From Nitrosospira multiformis ATCC 25196 (GTDB taxonomy: Bacteria > Pseudomonadota > Gammaproteobacteria > Burkholderiales > Nitrosomonadaceae), in NCBI RefSeq assembly GCF_000196355.1, contig NC_007614.1, positions 2,070,001-2,102,000 of the forward strand: a DNA stretch of 32,000 nt, read 5' to 3'. The position numbers and the translations under genes are program-made. Each line of letters begins with the position of its first letter. Within the stretch, counting starts at the first letter, position 1. The notes below the pieces were generated by a model, which had not been told where the DNA came from, made no database searches, and worked only from the letters and a program-made list of their open reading frames with translations. Shown here piece after piece: positions 25,901-32,000 of the stretch.

Positions 25901-28900
25901 TTGATCCCCCAGGCCTTGAGCTGCGCCCGCTCGGCTGCACCAAGGATGTCGATGTCGCCAAGGCTCTGGGGCGAGTTGGTGGGAGTAGCGGCAATCCTGT
26001 CGAGGAGTCTGTGGAGCTGCGCTGCAATGGATTCCACCGTCGTTCGCGAAAAATATCTGCAATCGTAACTGTAGCCCAGCGACAGCATGGTATTCTGCAT
26101 AACCGATACCATCATCGGATAATTGCTGCTCTCGCGATTACGGATATTGGAAAAGGCAGGGCCGCCCGGAGTGGATTCCCGCAACGCCTCATCCATGGGA
26201 TAGTTCTCGAACACGAGAATGCTGTCGAATAATCCCTGCCCGCTTTGTCCCAGCCAGCGCTGGATTTCATACAAAGGTGTTTGCTCGTGTTCGCGCGAGG
26301 CAAGGTTCTGCGCTTGCAGGTCGCGCAGCCATGCGCCGACCTGGTGCTCGGGCTGGAGCGTTACGGACACGGGAAGCGTATTGATGAACAATCCCAGCAA
26401 GTGCTCCGCTCCTGGCAGGTCGGCCGGCCTTCCCGCCACCGTGGCGCCAAAAAGAACAGTTTGCTTCCCGGTGTACCGGCTCAGCAAGATCGCCCAAGCG
26501 GCCTGTATCAGCGTGTTGAGGGTGACACGTTCGCGCCGGGCGAATTGAATCAACCCCTCGGAAAGAGAGAGCGGCAGTTCAGTGATATGCTCCCCGAAAT
26601 GCTCTTCATGATCGGAATTTCCCCGGTGTGCAGGCAATGTCACCGCCAGCCGCGTTGGCTCCCGGATGCCCTTCAGTCGCTCCCTCCAGTATGCTTCGGA
26701 AACTTCCACATCACGGCGCTGCAGCCATTCGATAAACCTGCGGTATTCGCCTCTGCCCCGTAACGCTTCCTGAGCCGGGGAAAATCTTCCGGCATATCGC
26801 CGCAATACTTCCCCGGCCAGTTGGGAAGTGCTCCATCCGTCAAGCAGCAAGTGATGGATCGTCCAGATGAAGTGATACCGGTCGTCCGCCAGCCGCACCA
26901 GTGCAAAGCGCATGAGTGGAGGTTTGGCGAGATCAAAACCCGAGGCATATTCCGCCTGGGCCAATGCCTCAAGATCGCGCTCCCTATCCTCTCTATGCTC
27001 CTTATCCTCCCTGGCCCGCCAGTCGTGTTCCACAAATGGCAGCTCGACAGACTTGGCTACCCATTGCAGGGGTTTGCTGTCCTGAGTCACGAAACCTGTC
27101 CGTAACACTGGGTGGCAAGCCATCGCATCCTGCCACGCAGCCTTGAAACGAGTTGCCTCCAGTCCCTCGATATCGGCCCTCAACTGATTGAGGTAAACAC
27201 TGTGGTCGTCCCTGTCGAATACGCTGTGGAAAAGTATGCCCTCCTGCAATGGAGAAAGCGGATAAAGGTCTTCAAGCTGTGCGGCGGCTACGGGCAGACT
27301 GTCCAGCTCGCGCTGGGTGATTTCGACCAACGGGAAATCAGAAGGGGTAAGGCCTTGTATGCCACGGGTGCAATGGGCAATCAGCGTTTCAAGCTCAGCC
27401 TGGTAAACGTTCATGAATGCCTCAATTGTCGTCCTGTGGTAACGCGCGTCGCTATAGCTCACCGTAAGACACAGTTCGCCCTCGTAAACATGACCATTTA
27501 TGGAAATATCATGACTGAGAGGCGCATTTTCATCGATCAGATCCCCTGTCGATTCGGTCGCCAACGTCCAGAGCGCGCTTTCGTCGAAACTCGCATCCAG
27601 TTGCCCCAGGTAATTGAATACGACTTCAGGCCTGGGCAGGGATGCCAGGACTTCACGCTGTTCGGACGTGCCGTGATACTTGAACAGGCCGTAACCCACT
27701 CCCTTGTTCGGTACCCTCCGCAGATCTTCCTTGATGCGCTTGATTCTCTGAGCCAGGTCTCCGGCTGGGTCGAGCAACACGGGATAGAGGGTGGTAAACC
27801 AGCCGACCGTTTGTGAAAGGTCGATATCGTATAAATCTTCCCGGCCATGGCCTTCAAGATCGATCAGGATTTTCTTATGGCCGCTCCACCGGCAGAGGGC
27901 GCTTCCCAGGGCGGTAAGCAACAGATCGTTTACGTGAGTACGATAGGCTGCGGGCGCCTCCTTGAGCAAGGCGCGGGTCTGGGCCTTGCCCAGCTTGAGC
28001 ACAGCATCGCGCTGGTGACAGACGAAGCTCGCGCCCTCGGGGTTATCGCAGGGCAGTATGACCGGCACTCCCTTCAAGCTTCGCCAGTAAATCAGCTCTT
28101 CCCTGTTTTCATGTACATAACGCTGCAGCCGCGCGCTCCATACCTCATAGCTCCCCGATTTTTCGGGTAATGCGATGATTTGGGCATTCCGGGCCTGACT
28201 ATAGGCGCTCTGCAAATCCTCGAGCAGGATACGCCAGGAAACACCGTCGATCACAAGATGATGAATGACCAGCAGCAACCGCTGGCTGCGATCGTCCATA
28301 TCGAAAAGCACGGCACGCAGCACCGGGCCTTCCACGAGATTCAGGCTGCGCTGCGCCTCGTTGCACAGTGCTTCCAGATCGGCGTCGGCAGAAGCTTTGC
28401 GCACCCATAATAAATCAGCAGCGATCGATTCCCCACAAGACTGCTGCCACTGGCTCCTTTCATTTCTGATGAAGCGGAAACGAAGCGCATCGTGGTGGCG
28501 CACCACGGCTTCCAGTGCCTCTCCAAGATGTGCAGGATTCAAATACTCGCGGCTTCTCAGGAGCGCTGCCTGGTTCCAGTGATGTCGCGCGGGAATTTCC
28601 CGTTCGAAAAATTCAGCCTGAATAGGCAGCAGCGATAGAAGTCTTCCCGAGCCTCCGCCGCTCAATCCTTCTTTCGATTGCGCGCTTGCGATTGGGGCTA
28701 GGGTAGCGATGGTTGCATCCTGAACCTCGAGTGCCATTGCCACCGCCGCCAACGAAGCGATGGTCTGCCGCTCGAACAATTGGCGTGGCGTGATCTTCCA
28801 GCCGGCGCGGCGCGCCCGGGTGACGATCTGGAGACTCAGTATGGAATCACCCCCTAGCTCAAAGAAGTTGTCATGCCGTCCCACCTCTGCCACACCCAGC

Positions 28901-31900
28901 ACCTGCCCCCAGATGCCCGCCAGCACCTCTTCCGCCTCTCCCTGCGGCGCCTCATAATGCTCCGTATGCGTAAACTCCGGCTCAGGCAAGGCCTTGCGGT
29001 CTACCTTGCCGCTCGGATTGAGCGGCAGACTCTCCAGCACCACAATCATCGAGGGCAGCATGTAGTCGGGTAAGGTTCTGGCAAGCGCTTCGCGCAGTCG
29101 TGCTGCGTCCAAATCGGTCGTTGCATGGGCAGAAACATAGGCTATCAGCCGCGCTCCCCCTGTTGGATTGGATGCACTGGATCCTTCCCTCGCAACCACC
29201 ACCGCTTCCCTGACTTCCGGCTGCGCCAGCAATTGCGTTTCGATTTCACCCAGTTCAATGCGGAATCCCCGTATCTTGACCTGATGATCCAGCCGCCCCA
29301 GGTATTCGATCTGCCCGTCCGAGCGCCATCTTGCCAGATCCCCCGTGCGGTAGAGCCGCCCCCCTGTCTCATCGAAGGGATCGGCTATGAAACGGTCCGC
29401 CGTCAATCCTCCACGGTTGAGATAGCCGCGGGCCAACCCGATGCCACCCAGATACAGCTCTCCCGCTACGCCCGCCGGAACCGGGTTCAGATCGGAGTCG
29501 AGAATATAGGCGATCCGGTCACCGACAGGACAACCGATGGGCATGTAGGCGGACTCGAATCCTGTTCCGGGATAGGCTTTCGAAATGAGGGGTGTAATGA
29601 CTGTTTCGGTCGGGCCATAGCCGTTGATGATGCGAGGCGGCTGAAGCGTTGTCTGTACAAAATCAAAGCTGGCGCGACTCATGGCTTCGCCACCAACCGT
29701 ATACGAACGGATCGGCAAAGCGCGTCCCGCAGTACCCAGCAGCTCTGCCATCTGGTGCAGATAGTTCGGGGTAAAACAGGCTATGGTTATCCGATGCTTT
29801 ACAATCTCCGCCACAGTTCGTTCGACGGACCAGAAATCATTATCACGCGGCATCAGCGCCGATCCGAAGGCAAGGGGCACAAGCCAGCGTTCATGCGCGC
29901 CGTCGAAGTTGATCGAGGCGAACTGAAGTTCCCTATCCATGGTCGTCATGCCATAAGCCTTGCCTATGGACTGAACATGCATCGACAGAGGCTCGTGGGT
30001 GACGCTCACGCCCTTTGGTTTACCTGTGGAGCCTGAGGTATAGATGACATAGGCAAGGTTGTGTCCATGCAGGACGGCTTGCGGATTGCTGTCGGATTCA
30101 TCCTCGAGGTCGAGCCTGTCCAGCTCCAGCACCGGATATTGGCCGGAGTGGGGAATGCGCGATCGAACCCGGCTTTGCGTCAGCAACAGCCCGATGCCAC
30201 TGTCTGCCACCATGTAGGCCAGCCGCTCCTGCGGATATTCCGGATCAAGCGGCACATATGCTCCGCCCGCCTTCAGGGTGGCAAGCAACCCCACCACCAT
30301 GTCGATCGAGCGCTCCACCGCAATGCCCACCTTGACCTCCGGCCCAACCCCAAGCCTGATCAAACGGTGCGCCAGGCGGTTCGCCCTTCGGTTCAGCTCG
30401 CCGTAGCTCAATTCGACATCGCCAAAGATCAGGGCAATCGCTTCCGGCTGGACTTCAACCTGCCGCTCGATCAGCCTGTGCACGGGCTCGGTATTGGCGT
30501 AGCGCTGCTCGTTGATCCCCCAGGCCTTGAGCTGCGCCCGCTCGGCTTCACTGAGGATGTCGATGTCGCCAAGGTTCTGCTGCGGATGCTCGGCCAGTTG
30601 CTCCAGAAGAAGCAGATAATGGTTGCCAAGCCGCCCAATGGTGGCAGGTTCAAACAGCTCGGCGGCATAGGTGAAGGTGGCTTCCAGCCTGCCATCGGGC
30701 TGCTCGACCGTATCCAGGGTCAGTTCGAACTGCGCCGCCTGCTCGCTCAGCTCGTGATTTTCCACCTTGAGCCCGGGCAATTGCTCGAGTGCCCGGTAGT
30801 CTTCGCGCAGGTGGTTGTACATGACCTGAAACAGAGGATTCTGATTCAGGTTGCGTTCGGGTTGCAGGGCTTCAACCAGTCGCTCGAACGGCAAATCCTG
30901 GTGGGTCTGGGCACCCAGCGCTGCTTCCCGCGTCTGATCGAGCAACGTATGCAGGGACATGCGCCCATCCATGAGGGTGCGCAATACCTGGGTATTGACG
31001 AAGAAGCCGACGATGTTTTCTATTTCAGCCCGATGCCGGTTGGCAATCGGCACGCCCACGCGGATATCCCGCTGGCCGGTATAGCGATAGAGCAGGCCTT
31101 GAAAGCCCGAGAGCAGCGCCATGAACAGGGTCGCTCCCTGGCTTTGCGCCTGACGCTGCAAGCGTGTAACCAGACCCGCAGGTAATGTGAAGGTGTGGCG
31201 CGCCGCACGGTAACTGGCCCTGGAAGATCGGGGGTGATCGGTGGGCAATTGCAATACCGGGTGCTCTTCCCCCAACTGGCTGCGCCAGTAGGCCAGCTGG
31301 CGCTCTTTTTCTCCCGCTTCCAGCCAGTTGCGCTGCCATATCGCGTAATCGGCATACTGGATCGGCAGGGCCGGCAGGGAGGGTTCCTGCCCCTGTTTCT
31401 CCCCCTCCTGCTCCTGCTGCACCCGTGCCCGATAGTGGGCGGCAAATTCGTCAATGACAATGCGGTTGGACCAGGCGTCCGAGATGATGTGGTGCATCAC
31501 CACCACGAGAAGATGTTCTTCCGCTGCAATGCGGATGAGGGCAACCCGAAGCAGCGGGCCTTGCGTCAGATCAAAGGGCGTGCCGGCTATCCGGCCCGCT
31601 TCTTCACCGGCTTGCGCTCTGGCTTGTTCCAGCGGCAGTCCGGAAAAGTCGGTCAGCGGAATTTCAAGCCGCGGCTCGTCTTCGATGATCTGCTCCGGCA
31701 ACCCTTCCGAATTGACCCTGAATATCGTACGCAACGACTCATGCCGCCTGCCCAGCGCCGCAAAGCTCCAACGCAGCGCTTCAATATCCACCCTGCCCGT
31801 CAGCCGCAATCCCCCGCTCAAATGATAAGCCGTGCTCAACGGCTCCAATTGCCATAAAAACCAGTGACGCTCCTGTGCGTATGAGAGTGCGCTACGGTTT

Positions 31901-32000
31901 CCCGTTTTTTGCGGAACAATGGGAAGAAGAGAAAAATCGAATCCCCGTTTTTTCAGGGCATTCAGGAATTCTTTCTGTTTCTCGGGAGCAAGGGCTGCGA
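19921..32000 (-). CDS. non-ribosomal peptide synthetase, 5'-truncated by the window; visible architecture C-A-T-E-C-A-T-C-A-T-TE
   Basis: A single frame is open from the window edge to TAA at 19921. The frame continues upstream of the ORF-track start (…[53 protein letters not shown]…), so at least one more module lies outside. Core motifs are listed under the domain features. Domain coordinates come from hand counting, and the residue count closed exactly at 3975. Confidence 0.97.
   Translation of the reverse strand, partial: [4025 protein letters not shown]
19999..20811 (-). other. NRPS domain TE (thioesterase, chain release)
   Basis: [10 protein letters not shown], nucleophile elbow LSGWSLGG, Asp candidate GLIDS and His candidate DTDHFSI. 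It is the terminal domain of the protein. Confidence 0.8.
20884..21093 (-). other. NRPS domain T3 (thiolation)
   Basis: [14 protein letters not shown]. Confidence 0.8.
21130..22635 (-). other. NRPS domain A3 (adenylation)
   Basis: Motifs [77 protein letters not shown] and PSGKLDR. The hand-extracted code is D-G-E-A-V-G-G-V-T-K, the same class as A1. Confidence 0.8.
22714..24021 (-). other. NRPS domain C3 (condensation; DCL-like or dual E/C-like)
   Basis: Motifs [22 protein letters not shown] and [10 protein letters not shown]. Confidence 0.7.
24136..24342 (-). other. NRPS domain T2 (thiolation; GGDSI type, near copy of T1)
   Basis: [40 protein letters not shown]. Confidence 0.85.
24152..24857. 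repeat. intragenic direct repeat R1, copy b (A2 motif A6 through T2)
   Basis: Aligns without gaps to 28757-29462 (offset 4605). I counted ~20 mismatches by eye in 706 nt, and only 5 in 24322-24857. Confidence 0.9.
24382..25872 (-). other. NRPS domain A2 (adenylation, Ser-like code)
   Basis: The core reads [11 protein letters not shown]...TLHFVPSML...CSGEAL...[13 protein letters not shown]. The hand-extracted code D-V-W-H-I-S-L-I-D-K matches the classical Ser code DVWHLSLIDK at 9/10. Confidence 0.75.
25400..25965. repeat. intragenic direct repeat R2, copy b (C2-A2 linker through A2 motif A3)
   Basis: Aligns without gaps to 30011-30576 (offset 4611). I counted ~20 mismatches by eye in 566 nt. 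The repeat ends exactly at the codons for ...STGKPKG. Confidence 0.9.
25969..27276 (-). other. NRPS domain C2 (condensation, DCL-like)
   Basis: Motifs [15 protein letters not shown] and [10 protein letters not shown] (His codons verified at 26856..26851). It follows an E domain, as expected for a DCL domain. Confidence 0.8.
27349..28647 (-). other. NRPS domain E1 (epimerization)
   Basis: Motifs [32 protein letters not shown] and [10 protein letters not shown]. Confidence 0.8.
28741..28947 (-). other. NRPS domain T1 (thiolation; GGDSI type)
   Basis: [13 protein letters not shown]; the Ser codon was verified at 28845..28843. Confidence 0.85.
28757..29462. repeat. intragenic direct repeat R1, copy a (A1 motif A6 through T1)
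   Basis: See 24152-24857. Confidence 0.9.
28987..30483 (-). other. NRPS domain A1 (adenylation)
   Basis: Motifs [77 protein letters not shown] and [10 protein letters not shown]. The hand-extracted 10-residue code versus GrsA numbering is D-G-E-C-T-G-G-I-T-K. Confidence 0.8.
30011..30576. repeat. intragenic direct repeat R2, copy a (C1-A1 linker through A1 motif A3)
   Basis: See 25400-25965. Confidence 0.9.
30574..31893 (-). other. NRPS domain C1 (condensation, LCL-like)
   Basis: Motifs [15 protein letters not shown] and [10 protein letters not shown]. Confidence 0.8.

Noticed and set aside
20067-31857. Many plus-strand ORFs of 60-374 aa inside the NRPS region (e.g. 23047..24003, 29125..30036, 30061..31185)
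   Set aside because: All are antisense to one uninterrupted 12-kb NRPS frame with ordered core motifs. Pairs with identical N-termini (24520 vs 29125, 25450 vs 30061) simply reflect the intragenic DNA repeats.

Overview
The window looks like a proteobacterial chromosome, with beta-proteobacterium-like synteny. Positions 1-7874 are a conserved housekeeping block. It holds tilS (partial) and accA on the minus strand, an ABC-F ATPase (ybiT-like), ampD translationally coupled to a small zinc-ribbon membrane protein, tRNA-Pro(CGG), ispB, and rplU-rpmA-obg. From about 7900 onward the content is accessory. (i) Positions 8021-9986 carry a tightly coupled four-gene cassette: a 71-aa acidic Gly/Ala-rich ORF, an SdpA-like single-pass protein, an SdpB/HTTM-like polytopic membrane protein, and a DCC-type CxxC thiol-disulfide oxidoreductase. 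No recognisable SdpC-type cargo is present. This is my best candidate for an undescribed peptide-maturation or redox system. (ii) Positions 10040-32000 and beyond carry a hydroxamate-type NRPS siderophore locus. Its parts are a PvdE-like cyclic-peptide exporter plus a PepSY membrane protein (minus strand), a 513-nt divergent control region, an IucB-like acetyltransferase, an IucD/PvdA-like N-hydroxylase, a TonB-dependent receptor, an HSL-type esterase, and an NRPS gene of more than 12 kb. The visible NRPS architecture is C-A-T-E-C-A-T-C-A-T-TE, and its 5' end runs off the window. The control region contains six ~16-nt tandem units built on GTTATCC, flanked by two inverted Fur-box-like sites. 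Inside the NRPS, modules 1 and 2 share 96-99% identical DNA on both flanks of their A domains. The ~545-nt specificity-conferring core between motifs A3 and A6 is unrelated, which is the signature of a natural A-subdomain swap. No transposase, integrase, CRISPR array or rRNA was seen. All family assignments come from reading motifs by eye, with no searches run.
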